A DNA stretch of 64,000 bases, taken from positions 32,001 through 96,000 of the IMG/VR virus record IMGVR_UViG_3300021256_000072; one strand, written 5' to 3'. The stretch comes from a virus (lineage: Duplodnaviria; Caudoviricetes). Numbering within the stretch: position 1 is the first letter of the stretch; each line of letters begins with the position of its first letter. The position numbers were made by a program, and so were the translations under genes. This document shows positions 39,892 to 50,263 of this stretch, in pieces. The notes under the pieces are model-generated. The model saw only the letters and a program-made list of their open reading frames with translations, did not search any database and was not told where the DNA came from.

Positions 39892-42738
39892 TTATTTATC
39901 TAAATTTAAAATTATGTTAATTATTACGTCTTTATCTAACAAATTCTTAACGGATGTAGAAATCCCTATATTTAAAGAACTAGACTTTATATCAGGCTCA
40001 AAAGATTGCAATTTAATATCTTCTACAATACTGAACTTATTCTTAATTTCTAATAATAAATCAGTAACCGCTTGTCTTATTTTTCCAAGCACTCTTTCTC
40101 CTATGAGAGAATATTTATGTTTCATAAACTCTCTAGTAATTTTCCCTATTATAAATCTAAGGAAAATTGAAGTGTTTCTGTCTGTTCCTTCAAAATATTT
40201 TTTATAGAAGTATTTTTGACCGTTAAATACTAGATAATTACTTTTATATTTTTCTAAGACTTTCTCTATTGAACTTTCTTCATAAGGATTTATTACAGGT
40301 GGTTTATAGATTATGCTATTCACACTTCCAGAATAATTTCCTGTTAATATTCCATCTAAGAATACACAATAACCAGGATATTCTATTTCGAAAGTTGTAG
40401 TATAGATTGATCTAAAAAAGTATACGAGTCTGTTATCAGTATCACTTAAATAGTTATAAGCATAATCACCTCCATAGACAGCATCTTCTATTAGATTTTT
40501 GTCTGTGATCTTAGTTATGTTTTTATTTTCATCAGATAGGTAATATCCACTATCATAGTTTACTTTAACCCAATGAAATACTCCAGTGGTTTTGTGAACT
40601 ATTTGCATAACTAATATCTCTTCTGGATTTAATATGAATTCCTGCACTAAGCTATCTCCTACGGTTTCTTGCTCTATTCTTTTTGGAGCTTTTACTACTT
40701 GTTGGAAATTAGACTCATTTTTAAAACATAGTGTAAATCCATCAGGGAAATAACTAGACCAATCAAATCCAGTTTCACTTGTTAAAAAATGATCAACCTG
40801 AACGTAAATAGTAGATGTGCAATCCTTTGAAAATATAACTGTTCTTATCTTTGAGTCTATTACATCATCACCCTCTTTGTAACAGCATTCTTGATTCGTT
40901 CTGTCAAAATCTAATACAATGCTATTTTTTGTGGTTTTAGTAATTCCGTTAGAAAAATATTCTTCAAGTTCTATATTTTCTGGGACATAGTAAATAGTAT
41001 TCTCACTATGATCTGCTAGTTCTGAGATATCTTCTATTTCTTTGAATCTGTACTTGCTGTCCCTATTCTGAATTAACGCTTGAAAACTTCCGTCTTTGCA
41101 ATAATTCAATATAGTTTCATACTCTTTGTAGTAAGAAGATTCATTTAAACTAGAAGATGATATATAATCCTGAATATTTGGAATAAGTAAGAAATCAGTA
41201 TTAACATTCTTATCGTCAATTCCAAACATCATTTCAAGGGAATTCATCCAATCTTCGTTGCTATAATCTTTAACATATTTGCCTTTAGACATAAAAAACG
41301 TTCCAGTATTCATATCTTTGGCGTTATTAATAAGTTCCATATGCAATAACTTGGAATACTTATTAATTATGTTATCTAGCCTATCTTGTCCTAGTGTTGG
41401 AATAATTTTTCCTTGAAATGTTTCAGAATAATCGTATCTTGAGATTACTATAAGAAATTCTTCATTACCTGCATCCTCTATTTGAATTTTTATAACGCCG
41501 TCTTCATCTAAATCAGAAGTTCCACCTATAGTCTTGCTCCAAAATCCTACTCCGCTGGTTCCTGACGGTAAAGATTTGTAAATAATCCCCTGTGAAATTT
41601 CGTAATCAGGCTTAACACTTATTCCAGAAAATGTGTTGTAGCCTAAATCTATCATTACTCTTCCACAAATTATTAAATCATCATTATCCCAAAAAGTACA
41701 GTTAGGGTACAGTTGATCTAATTGCGCTTTAATATCCTCTAAAATTAATGATGAAGAATAGCTGCTTAGCGAATATTTAATGTTATTTTCGGGAGATAAA
41801 TCTATAGAATTTCCATCATTAGAAAAAGATATGCATTTCTTTACTCCATCTGTGATATCTAAAAAAGCCAATGATCCTAAACAATTTATATTATTTGAGG
41901 ATATTGAAAGTCTTAGTGCTAATGTTTCTCTGCCTTCTCTTATTCTATCAGTATTTATTTTACTTAAAGGAATAGTTGGAAGATTATTGTAAGAAAATAG
42001 TCCCAATCCTTTTTTATTGACATACTCAGGGTGAATATAATCAATGCCATCAAGATTTGGAATAAATAAAGTGCTTCGATTATCTAGTGATTTAGAATTA
42101 GTAAGATCGGCAATATTTTGAGGAAGATCTGTCTCTAAAACAAATCCATAACTATCACAATAAACCCATAACTCCCCATCAATCTTTGTACATATTTCAT
42201 CAGATTCTCTAAGGATTTTGAATTGATATAGCTTACTCTCTACAACTGGCTCACCTTTAAATACGACTTTAGGGTTATCAATATTCTCCCAAACTCCATT
42301 ATTTAAAACCTCGTAATGGATCCCAGAAGAAAAATCATATTCATCGTTAAAAACCCCAATAGCCATTCTAGAATCATTCTTCCAATCAGTAAAATAATTA
42401 ATATATTCTGTTGATGGAGAAAATATATCATAAGGTTCGATTAGAGTAAATCTACTATAATCAATGTATCCCTCTTGTTCTAATGCAACCTTTGATTTAA
42501 TTGGAGAAAAGGGTTTAAAAAGATATAGCCCTACATTTCCATAAGACTCTAAAACTCTTTTTAAATAAATATAATCCTTAAAATCTTTTGAGAATAATGC
42601 ATTAAGTTCTGAGATGCTATTTACAATAACTGGTGATTCGTAGGACAATGAAGAATCTACGACTTCAGAAAATATCATATACTTATCTGCATTAGCTGCT
42701 CGATAGTTTATTTTAGTATTTCCTAATCTTATATACAT
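39892..42738 (-). CDS. Second, divergent tail sheath-like protein
   Basis: N-terminal PVIVNSISELNALF and C-terminal FLRFIIGKI...LIGE...LNIGIS...INIILNL follow the sheath N- and C-domain patterns; adjacent to the tube gene. Confidence 0.55.
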   Translation of the reverse strand: MYIRLGNTKINYRAANADKYMIFSEVVDSSLSYESPVIVNSISELNALFSKDFKDYIYLKRVLESYGNVGLYLFKPFSPIKSKVALEQEGYIDYSRFTLIEPYDIFSPSTEYINYFTDWKNDSRMAIGVFNDEYDFSSGIHYEVLNNGVWENIDNPKVVFKGEPVVESKLYQFKILRESDEICTKIDGELWVYCDSYGFVLETDLPQNIADLTNSKSLDNRSTLFIPNLDGIDYIHPEYVNKKGLGLFSYNNLPTIPLSKINTDRIREGRETLALRLSISSNNINCLGSLAFLDITDGVKKCISFSNDGNSIDLSPENNIKYSLSSYSSSLILEDIKAQLDQLYPNCTFWDNDDLIICGRVMIDLGYNTFSGISVKPDYEISQGIIYKSLPSGTSGVGFWSKTIGGTSDLDEDGVIKIQIEDAGNEEFLIVISRYDYSETFQGKIIPTLGQDRLDNIINKYSKLLHMELINNAKDMNTGTFFMSKGKYVKDYSNEDWMNSLEMMFGIDDKNVNTDFLLIPNIQDYISSSSLNESSYYKEYETILNYCKDGSFQALIQNRDSKYRFKEIEDISELADHSENTIYYVPENIELEEYFSNGITKTTKNSIVLDFDRTNQECCYKEGDDVIDSKIRTVIFSKDCTSTIYVQVDHFLTSETGFDWSSYFPDGFTLCFKNESNFQQVVKAPKRIEQETVGDSLVQEFILNPEEILVMQIVHKTTGVFHWVKVNYDSGYYLSDENKNITKITDKNLIEDAVYGGDYAYNYLSDTDNRLVYFFRSIYTTTFEIEYPGYCVFLDGILTGNYSGSVNSIIYKPPVINPYEESSIEKVLEKYKSNYLVFNGQKYFYKKYFEGTDRNTSIFLRFIIGKITREFMKHKYSLIGERVLGKIRQAVTDLLLEIKNKFSIVEDIKLQSFEPDIKSSSLNIGISTSVKNLLDKDVIINIILNLDK

Positions 42739-42758
42739 AATATTTACTCTCCATTATT

Positions 42759-45700
42759 TTATCCTACTACACCTTCTTCTTTTTCATCATCTGTTGGTGA
42801 AGTTGTCGGTTTTTGTATAGCATTTTCGGTACTGGATTTCCCTTTCTCTTTTGTTGTATTAATATTATTTTCAGGAGTGTTCGTTTGTTTTGTCGAATTA
42901 TCTGGTCCCTCCTCTTTATCTGGAGAATTACTAACCCCAGCATAATTAGAAGTTATTATATTAACTGGAGGAACATATTTGTCAGGATTTTCTCCAACTA
43001 CACTAAATGAAAGTGATAAATCTGGACTACCTGCTGTATCAACGTCCCCAACATAATTCTCAGAAAAATCTTTTAATACACAAAGTAAGTCAAATGATTT
43101 TATAGTAGAGTATTGTGGAGTCATTATGTATATCCTAATTCTAAAAGTAATATTCTTATAGAGTGCTACACAATGACAGGTTTTATCTACATAGGTTGGT
43201 GCTATTGGATAATTAACACTAGTACCTTCGTAATAAGCTTTGTCATGAGGAATCGAACTATACACAGACACGTCCATTGCTGTTTTGAAATACCATGTCC
43301 AAGATTTATACATATCATCCGCAATGGTAATTCTCAGTTCGTTCGTAAGTTCACTCGATACAGGATAAACTATTTCTCCATCATAAAGCCCGACTGATTT
43401 AGTATTTAATTTGGATAAGGTCATGTCAAATCCTGTAAAAGGGATCCATTCACTATATCCAGTATTAACTCCGTGCTTCTTTTGATTGATTAGATTTATT
43501 TCTTCAATTGCTGGTAGATAACTAAATCCTCCATTCATATCTTTATTGACGAACGGTTCTAACAAAATCTCCCAATAATTCGTTACTGATAAAGTTTGAG
43601 ATTTAAACACATTACCGTCAGTACCAAATTTTCCAGGGGTTGTTATATATGGGCTATCTCTTAATATTTTCTGTAAATCCTCAAAAGTAGATGGAATTGC
43701 TGTACTACTATTTTCTACATTCAGTCTACATAAATCCAAAAGCGTAGTTTGAATACCTTCAGAATATATGTAATTGTTGGCAAAATCTATTAATTCTCCG
43801 CTAGTATCTTCAACGGAGGATTTTATAGGAAGATCAGTAACTGCATCTTCGTCTATAATTAATCCTGACTTAGGTTGCCTTCTTTTATTAGCATTATCGT
43901 AGAATCTTGATGGAATTAAATTTCTTGGTCCTGAAATATTATTATCAGTATTAGGACGGTTTTTAATTCCAATTTCTCCAATAACACTTACTATAGAATT
44001 CGAAATAGTACTGTAAAGAGCGTCTGTGTCATTTAGCATTACCGCAGCTTTCTTTAATGCTCCAACTATTTTTCTAGCTGGACTTCCTGCAGTATCAGTA
44101 GCAGTACCAGGAAGACGATAAGGTTCCATTTTTAATAACCTCTTTCCTAGATCTACTGAATGTGCTGCTGCTCTTAATGACGCTTTTAACATTTGAGCTT
44201 TAACGTCACCTTTTACATGACTGGCACTTACTAAATTATCAATACCAAAATAAGCATAGTCCATTCCATTTAAAGATATATTCCCTGAAGTTAGATCAGA
44301 CAATACACTACTTGGAGTTGAGGACCTTCCAATGTTAGGCATTCTACTATTAGGAAGTTTATATGCTGGTATTGATTCTATGTTTTCTGAATTTTTCCTA
44401 ATTAATTCTTCTCTTGAAGGGATTTTATTAGAGGAACTTGGTAATCTCAATGAATTAATTTGAGATACATCAGCAATCTTCATAGCCTCGGTTAATTTAG
44501 CTATAAACAACTCATACCATCTAGTTCCACCTTTTTCAATTTTTAGTGCTGAATCTGGTTGTAATATTGCAGAAGTTAATATTGCAGAAATCTTTTTAAC
44601 CCAAGAGTTATTTCCGTCCTTACTAATATCATCAAACAGTCCAATAACATTAGAAAAAGCCTCGTCTGTAGATAAATTATCAACTTCTTCTAGAGCTTTC
44701 TTAATTTTAGTAAGATTTTTATCATAAGGTCTCTCTAGAATTGAAGTAATTAATTCATCAACTTTGCTTTCTACTTCAACAGTATCAACGTCATTCCTTA
44801 GACTGTTTATTATTTCATCCACTTTTAATTTTAAAGAGCCAGTACTTAACTCTTTAATAAGTGGAGATACTTCAAGTTCACTAGTGGATTTATCTAGTGA
44901 ATTTATTTTATTTTCTGTTTGTAATTCTAAAACTGAATCCGAAAGACTATTAACTACCTCTTCTACTTGCAGATCTTCCCTGGATTTATTTAATGAGTTA
45001 GTCCGATTATCAACTAGTAATTCATCTATCTCATTATCTAGAGAAGAAACCTCATTATTATTGTTATTAGGTTGAGTGCTAATGTATTTTTCTAATTCGG
45101 AAATATCTTTATTAACATTCTGTAAAATATTTTCAATTGAATCATCTAAAGCTTCTAATTCATCTTCAGTATTAATAGTCTCTATCGAATTATTTAGAGA
45201 CTTTGGAGAATTATGAAAATCTTGAGATAATTCAACTATATCATCTGTTAATGAAGTTATTTCTTTTTGTTGATTCTGAATTAGATCAACGGTTGAAGAT
45301 TTTAAAGAGCTTACTTCTCCGCCAAAATTTTCAGAAATGTTCGAAACATCTTTCTTTAACTCTCTTACTTTAAAATCAGGCTTTAGCTCTTCTATAGTAT
45401 TCTCTAAATGACCGACTTTATCTTCAGGCTCAATCTTAGAAATCTTGTCATCCAGTTCAGTTACCTCATTACCAGAATTAATTTTTACAATTGAGTCATC
45501 CAAATTTTTTAGAGAGGAATCAGAATTAGCTATTTTAGATATAGAGCTGTTTAATGAATCTAATTTCTCACCCTTGTTTTCTATAGAATTAGCTACTGTA
45601 TTATCAAGTTTCTCTATTGGATCTACATTATCACCCTCTAATTTACTAACTTTATCATCGAGAGATTTGACAGTAGTATCTGCTTCACTCTTGATAACAG

Positions 45701-45998
45701 TATTATTCAGTTCTTTTATGTTATCTGTTGATGAATTAGGGATCGAGTTGACTGAATCATCTAAGAATCTTATAGAGTCAGACTTTTCTAGATTCTCTAT
45801 GCTATCATCAAGAGATACTTCAGGAAAAAAGGCTTTATTTCCACGGCCCTTTACTTCTAGTACCCTTCTATCTAGCTCTGTATGTTCGTCTTGGATTTCT
45901 TTTATGTTACCCAAGTATTTAGACAGAGCATCTATCTCTTCCGGTCTAGTAAGTTGTTCTCTTCCTGGAATTTTATTTTGTTTTAGTATGTCTGCCAT
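42759..45998 (-). CDS. Tail-associated protein with about 22 acidic 16-18 aa repeats and a C-terminal tube-like domain
   Basis: Repeats like EVTELDDKISKI. C-terminal ELRITIADD...FRIRIYIMTPQ...LSLSFSVVGE resembles the tube fold. Confidence 0.5.
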   Translation of the reverse strand: MADILKQNKIPGREQLTRPEEIDALSKYLGNIKEIQDEHTELDRRVLEVKGRGNKAFFPEVSLDDSIENLEKSDSIRFLDDSVNSIPNSSTDNIKELNNTVIKSEADTTVKSLDDKVSKLEGDNVDPIEKLDNTVANSIENKGEKLDSLNSSISKIANSDSSLKNLDDSIVKINSGNEVTELDDKISKIEPEDKVGHLENTIEELKPDFKVRELKKDVSNISENFGGEVSSLKSSTVDLIQNQQKEITSLTDDIVELSQDFHNSPKSLNNSIETINTEDELEALDDSIENILQNVNKDISELEKYISTQPNNNNNEVSSLDNEIDELLVDNRTNSLNKSREDLQVEEVVNSLSDSVLELQTENKINSLDKSTSELEVSPLIKELSTGSLKLKVDEIINSLRNDVDTVEVESKVDELITSILERPYDKNLTKIKKALEEVDNLSTDEAFSNVIGLFDDISKDGNNSWVKKISAILTSAILQPDSALKIEKGGTRWYELFIAKLTEAMKIADVSQINSLRLPSSSNKIPSREELIRKNSENIESIPAYKLPNSRMPNIGRSSTPSSVLSDLTSGNISLNGMDYAYFGIDNLVSASHVKGDVKAQMLKASLRAAAHSVDLGKRLLKMEPYRLPGTATDTAGSPARKIVGALKKAAVMLNDTDALYSTISNSIVSVIGEIGIKNRPNTDNNISGPRNLIPSRFYDNANKRRQPKSGLIIDEDAVTDLPIKSSVEDTSGELIDFANNYIYSEGIQTTLLDLCRLNVENSSTAIPSTFEDLQKILRDSPYITTPGKFGTDGNVFKSQTLSVTNYWEILLEPFVNKDMNGGFSYLPAIEEINLINQKKHGVNTGYSEWIPFTGFDMTLSKLNTKSVGLYDGEIVYPVSSELTNELRITIADDMYKSWTWYFKTAMDVSVYSSIPHDKAYYEGTSVNYPIAPTYVDKTCHCVALYKNITFRIRIYIMTPQYSTIKSFDLLCVLKDFSENYVGDVDTAGSPDLSLSFSVVGENPDKYVPPVNIITSNYAGVSNSPDKEEGPDNSTKQTNTPENNINTTKEKGKSSTENAIQKPTTSPTDDEKEEGVVG

Positions 45999-46006
45999 AG
46001 TTATTG

Positions 46007-46444
46007 TTATTCATCTAAAGTTTCTACGATACTAGATAGGGTATATTGATAAACTGCCTTTGCTGCCTCTGAAAAAGCTTGTTTCTGAACTATTTTAAAT
46101 CTGTAGGTTATTTTATCCCTAGTATATTGAAGCTCATCCCCTACTTGAAGAGAATCATCATTAGTAATAGTTTGGATCATGTCTCGGTTTCTGTTCCACA
46201 CATCCCTCATATCATTCAAATCTAGAATAAGTCGGGTCGTAAATTGTGTGTAATCATTCTCCATTGTACTATTTGAAGAATATGAGCCTCCGAATACATT
46301 CTTCCATTTACTATTATCTTTGGGCCGAAGAACTACAAAACTAGTTCCTCGCATCTTCATAAGAAAGTTTATATTCTTAGCGCCAATGGCATAAAGTTTG
46401 TTGGCCTTATCTAAATTTCTAGAGGCCATATCTTCTTGTGACAT
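46007..46444 (-). CDS. Probable head-closure/neck protein (gp14-like)
   Basis: 145 aa, LQVGDELQY...YRFKIV beta-barrel pattern; neck-region position. Confidence 0.45.
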   Translation of the reverse strand: MSQEDMASRNLDKANKLYAIGAKNINFLMKMRGTSFVVLRPKDNSKWKNVFGGSYSSNSTMENDYTQFTTRLILDLNDMRDVWNRNRDMIQTITNDDSLQVGDELQYTRDKITYRFKIVQKQAFSEAAKAVYQYTLSSIVETLDE

Positions 46445-46450
46445 GTTTTA

Positions 46451-46807
46451 TTAATACTTTGATTCGTCGACTATAGTTACAAATCCCTCATTATCAATTA
46501 TCTTTTTTAGAACTTTAAAGAACGTTGATTCAGTTATTGGTGCTGAAGCTGACATAGTAAAAATATCATATTCCTGTTCCGTATCTGTTCTAACTGAAGG
46601 TTGTGCTAGTCTAATTACATCTGAGACATCATACTGATTATATTCTAAAGCTATTGGAAAATACACTTTAAACTTTTTAAGATCTTTACTAACACTTATT
46701 GAATCACTTGAAATTTCAGGAGAGATTTCATATTCAAAGATTTTCTGCATTTCAAGTTTTTTCTCAAAAGGGTCCTTCGCACCTTTTTTATTTCTTAATA
46801 TTATCAT
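46451..46807 (-). CDS. Small protein with basic MIILRNKK start; hypothetical
   Basis: 118 aa; start resembles MIILRR of 53985-54293. Confidence 0.55.
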   Translation of the reverse strand: MIILRNKKGAKDPFEKKLEMQKIFEYEISPEISSDSISVSKDLKKFKVYFPIALEYNQYDVSDVIRLAQPSVRTDTEQEYDIFTMSASAPITESTFFKVLKKIIDNEGFVTIVDESKY

Positions 46808-48084
46808 GTGAATATATTAAACTTAATCTTTGTTGAAAATAGCTTATTAAGTAGGTATTCAAACTCACTAATTGTGTCTAGAACATACGAATAAACTATT
46901 GCACCACCAGTATTAGTTCTATTGAGTTTTAATCTCATCGGGTTATAAAAAATTTCATCAATTAATTTATAGTCCTCTCCTTTAGCTGGCGTTGTTACTA
47001 TAAATCTTCCATTAATCAGCGTAATATTATTAGGAGCTGATTTATCATTTACAGTATAATGATTTTTATAATGTAACTTTATTAGCTCTTTTTCTAAGAA
47101 AGAGTTTCCGTATTCGCTCCTAGCTCTTTTTAAACCGTACTTAGCAGATTCTATAGAAGTTATTTTCTCTACAGATTTTCTAATTAACCCAATAATAGCA
47201 GAAGTACCTATTTTCTTCAAACTGCAGCCGCCTCTAGACTCATCTATTATATATTGTCCAGTTTGCCCGAGTATCCTGGCTACATCACTTTTAGATAGCT
47301 CGGGCACACTAAAAGACTTCTGACCTCCTTCTCCGGTTTCGTCATCCCTCTTTTCAGCAGCGTCTTGAATTCGATGTAATACTATGGCTTTCTCATTCAT
47401 TAAATTTATTTTTGTTTGTAATTTTTGAGAAAGCTCCATGATGAAGTTAGTAATTACATTATAATTTGTAAATGTTATATCAATGCTATAAGAATTAACA
47501 GTTCGATTTATAAGTTTAGAGCTGTAGTTAACCCCATAATATTTTTGAGTATAGAAATCTAAAATTTTAGAACATTCATCAATCTCTTTATCGTTCATTC
47601 CAAATGTATACATAGTCAAGCTATCATTTTGAATTGCGATATTGATTTTATAGTCTGTTACGTTTCTATCATTAAAGCTGAATTTTTCATCCATAGTCAT
47701 TCTATTATCAATGGAATCACCTACGCTTAATCCAGCTACTCTATACATTCCGAACTGTCTCCTGATATTTCTGTCAATTTCCTGAAACTTTATGGTTTTC
47801 ATTGGCCTGTGCATGTAGTTTTGGAAGAATTTTAACATTACAGCAGATGCAAAACCAACTTTAGCTCCTTGAATACCTCCTTGTAATCCTCCACCTATTA
47901 CTGAAGAATTATCATCAAAATGTCCCAAAACTCCTCCAGCCGCAGCCCCTATTCCTGATCCTATTAAAACCCCATTCTTAATATTATGAAATAAACTTGG
48001 GATTTCTTCCATATCTTTTGTCCCAGTAAAGTGACCCTCTGGAATTGTAAAGTTTTTTCTCTTTATTTTAAAAATTTTTCCCAT
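46804..48084 (-). CDS. Leader-bearing glycine-zipper protein, apparently two tandem units
   Basis: KIKRKNFT leader; GVLIGSGIGAAAGGVLG; internal QKSFS. KNFTIPEGHFTGTK resembles KEFSIQEGGFRGTK of 54320-55021. Confidence 0.65.
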   Translation of the reverse strand: MGKIFKIKRKNFTIPEGHFTGTKDMEEIPSLFHNIKNGVLIGSGIGAAAGGVLGHFDDNSSVIGGGLQGGIQGAKVGFASAVMLKFFQNYMHRPMKTIKFQEIDRNIRRQFGMYRVAGLSVGDSIDNRMTMDEKFSFNDRNVTDYKINIAIQNDSLTMYTFGMNDKEIDECSKILDFYTQKYYGVNYSSKLINRTVNSYSIDITFTNYNVITNFIMELSQKLQTKINLMNEKAIVLHRIQDAAEKRDDETGEGGQKSFSVPELSKSDVARILGQTGQYIIDESRGGCSLKKIGTSAIIGLIRKSVEKITSIESAKYGLKRARSEYGNSFLEKELIKLHYKNHYTVNDKSAPNNITLINGRFIVTTPAKGEDYKLIDEIFYNPMRLKLNRTNTGGAIVYSYVLDTISEFEYLLNKLFSTKIKFNIFT

Positions 48085-48086
48085 AA

Positions 48087-48707
48087 TTATCTTCTAATAA
48101 ATTTACCTACTTTTCCTAACAGCCCTCGAAGTTGTCCTGCTCCTTTCTTTACGGTATTATCAAGCTTCTTTCCAACTTCTCCTACTTTTTCTGGATTTAT
48201 TTTATTAGCCAGTTTTTCTGATCCAACTACACTATCTACTTTTTCAATAGACTTCTTTAATATAGGAATGTTATTAATTGTTTTCTCGGCAAATTTACTT
48301 CCAGCATTGGCCCAAGCTAGTGGATTCCAAGGTTGACCTGCCATTATTCCAGGAGCTATTCTAATTCCATTCACGATAGTTGAATTAACTGGAGCTTTTA
48401 TAGTATTTTTTACAAAACTAGCTCCGCCCTTAGATATAGTTTCTGCCGGTTTGTTGGTAAGATCTCTAGCAATTCCCTTTACATTGTTGATAGTATTGTT
48501 AGTGTTAGTAATAATTTGCCTTTTACTATTAATATCCAATGGTTTAGTCGGATTAGTCAAACGGTGCTTTATTACCCCATAATTATTCAGACCATTTTTA
48601 GCTGTAAGTTGTATTTTCGACCCTAGAGTTCTATCTGGCTGCTGTTTATTAACCCAAATATCTCTTAAGCTAACAAATATTTTCTGTCTTGGTATTCTCA
48701 TAGTCAT
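48087..48707 (-). CDS. Basic leader-bearing hypothetical protein
   Basis: MTMRIPRQKIFV start; Lys-rich amphipathic C-terminus. Confidence 0.6.
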   Translation of the reverse strand: MTMRIPRQKIFVSLRDIWVNKQQPDRTLGSKIQLTAKNGLNNYGVIKHRLTNPTKPLDINSKRQIITNTNNTINNVKGIARDLTNKPAETISKGGASFVKNTIKAPVNSTIVNGIRIAPGIMAGQPWNPLAWANAGSKFAEKTINNIPILKKSIEKVDSVVGSEKLANKINPEKVGEVGKKLDNTVKKGAGQLRGLLGKVGKFIRR

Positions 48708-48716
48708 TAAATCTAT

Positions 48717-49451
48717 TTACTCAACAAGTTCGCCAGACCAACCTGATTGTAGTGCAAATTGATCACATCTACTCCTAAGTTCCTGATAAGCTGCATCTAC
48801 GTTCCCTAATATATCAATAGACATTCCTGGCAGCTGTACACTGGCTTTAAGTTGACGTATATAATCTAACAAGTGACATAAACAAAGGTCTAAAAAATAA
48901 TCTCCTTTAGGTCCTCCGTCTTCTACATTCATCCAGTAAATAGCTGCTTTATTACTATCTTCATTGAAAGTTTTATCAGGAAGAAAATCAGGAATTATAG
49001 GTCTAGAACAGATTGCCTTAATGTAAAATCTGTCATTAAGTGGAAGGTCCCCCATGAATAAATAAGGTCTTCTATAGTCAGTAAAGTAAGAATAACTACC
49101 AGCCATCGGATACGAGCCCATAGATCTCCATTTAGGAATACAGTTAGGCACTAAAACTATCTGATCTTCTGAAATTAAACAATCTAACCATAAAGTAAAG
49201 TTAGATTTAATTTCATAATATCCCTCCATTCCATAACATGTTGACATCTGATCTCTACTTATCTTCATCTCCAATATTAATGGATTGGTTCTTTCAAATT
49301 CACGAAGAGCGTTTTTTATAATTTCTAATAAAATTTGATCACAGCTAAGAGAGTTATTTATGCTGAGAATCTCATTAAGAGAGTCAACAGCAATTAAAGC
49401 AGATCTAATAAAGATCTTTCTTTTTAAATCTGTTAATAATGTTTTTTCCAT
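48717..49451 (-). CDS. Neck protein / head-tail adaptor (T4 gp13-like)
   Basis: 244 aa; C-terminal SVQLPGMSID resembles the gp13-family VQLPGG motif. Confidence 0.6.
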   Translation of the reverse strand: MEKTLLTDLKRKIFIRSALIAVDSLNEILSINNSLSCDQILLEIIKNALREFERTNPLILEMKISRDQMSTCYGMEGYYEIKSNFTLWLDCLISEDQIVLVPNCIPKWRSMGSYPMAGSYSYFTDYRRPYLFMGDLPLNDRFYIKAICSRPIIPDFLPDKTFNEDSNKAAIYWMNVEDGGPKGDYFLDLCLCHLLDYIRQLKASVQLPGMSIDILGNVDAAYQELRSRCDQFALQSGWSGELVE

Positions 49452-49525
49452 CTCTGTTCCTCTTTTTTCTTGTATAAGAAGATAGTGATAAAAATTAATA
49501 TCTTGTAAGGAATTTAACTTTTCTA

Positions 49526-49537
49526 TCTATTTATAAG
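49526..49537 (-). promoter_or_regulatory. Putative late promoter CTTATAAATAGA (contains TATAAATA)
   Basis: Identical to 50837-50848; lies just after a terminator and upstream of the neck gene. Confidence 0.55.
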
Positions 49538-49544
49538 AAATAAG

Positions 49545-49582
49545 AAAAAATAAGTAGGGAATTGTATTTACCCTACTTATTT
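49545..49582 (-). terminator. Intrinsic terminator after 49599-50192
   Basis: AAATAAGTAGGG...CCCTACTTATTT 12-bp inverted repeat with U-tract on the minus strand. Confidence 0.8.
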
Positions 49583-49598
49583 AAAATATTTTATTTAC

Positions 49599-50192
49599 TT
49601 ATTCCCTGTCTCGATTTTTGTAATCATATAAACCTTTCGCAAGAGCCGAAGCACCTACAATACCAAGGCCTACGCCAACAGGGACAGCTGCTCTCCTCCG
49701 GTTTAGAGCTTTCTTTTCCAGACCTTCAACTGTCTTAAGTCTCTTATGTTCTGTTGTATTTCTCAAGTAGCTAAGGCGCTCTTTTTCAGCCTCTGTTAAC
49801 ATACCTGACTTTTCCAAATCAAGTATTCCTTTTCCACTCTCTAGCGCACGCATTTTAGCAACTTCACCACCTCTTTGCGCATCTCTAAGTACGTCCTTTT
49901 TGAGTCTATTAAGATCGGCTTCATACAATTCTTGGAGTGACTTCTTTAGTTTTCCTGCCTTTTCTAATTTATCTGCTGCTTTCTTTGAGAGCTTGTAAGA
50001 TCCATAGCCGCCAAGACCACTAATACTAGCTCCAGCACCTATACCAATCCCAGGTTTATATTTACCATACGTGCTTTCCTCATCAGCCTCTTCAGCCTCT
50101 TCAGCAAATTCCTTCTGAGCATACATATAACCTTCACAAAAAGCTCTTTCTTCTAAATCAGAAATAGAGCTAAAATTTTTTCTTATTCTCAT
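49599..50192 (-). CDS. Leader-bearing two-helix glycine-zipper protein (cassette A)
   Basis: MRIRKNFSSISDLEERAFCEGYMYAQKEFA leader; GIGIGAGASISGLGG and VGVGLGIVGASALA segments. Confidence 0.7.
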   Translation of the reverse strand: MRIRKNFSSISDLEERAFCEGYMYAQKEFAEEAEEADEESTYGKYKPGIGIGAGASISGLGGYGSYKLSKKAADKLEKAGKLKKSLQELYEADLNRLKKDVLRDAQRGGEVAKMRALESGKGILDLEKSGMLTEAEKERLSYLRNTTEHKRLKTVEGLEKKALNRRRAAVPVGVGLGIVGASALAKGLYDYKNRDRE

Positions 50193-50263
50193 ATTTTGTT
50201 TATGGTTTTAATTTATTTTCTTCTATCTATAAGAAATGTGAAGAAAAAAAAGAGGAATTAATC
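50101..50263. repeat. About 160-bp imperfect direct repeat, copy A (hairpin remnant + promoter + first 30 codons)
   Basis: Aligns with 50718-50879 from tcagcaaatt to gaggaattaatc; near-identical in the coding part, diverged in the 5' UTR. Confidence 0.9.

Noticed and set aside
48717-49451. KRKIFI near the N-terminus of the neck protein as another leader
   Set aside because: It follows a different N-terminal context within a probable structural helix and is followed by Ile; likely coincidental.
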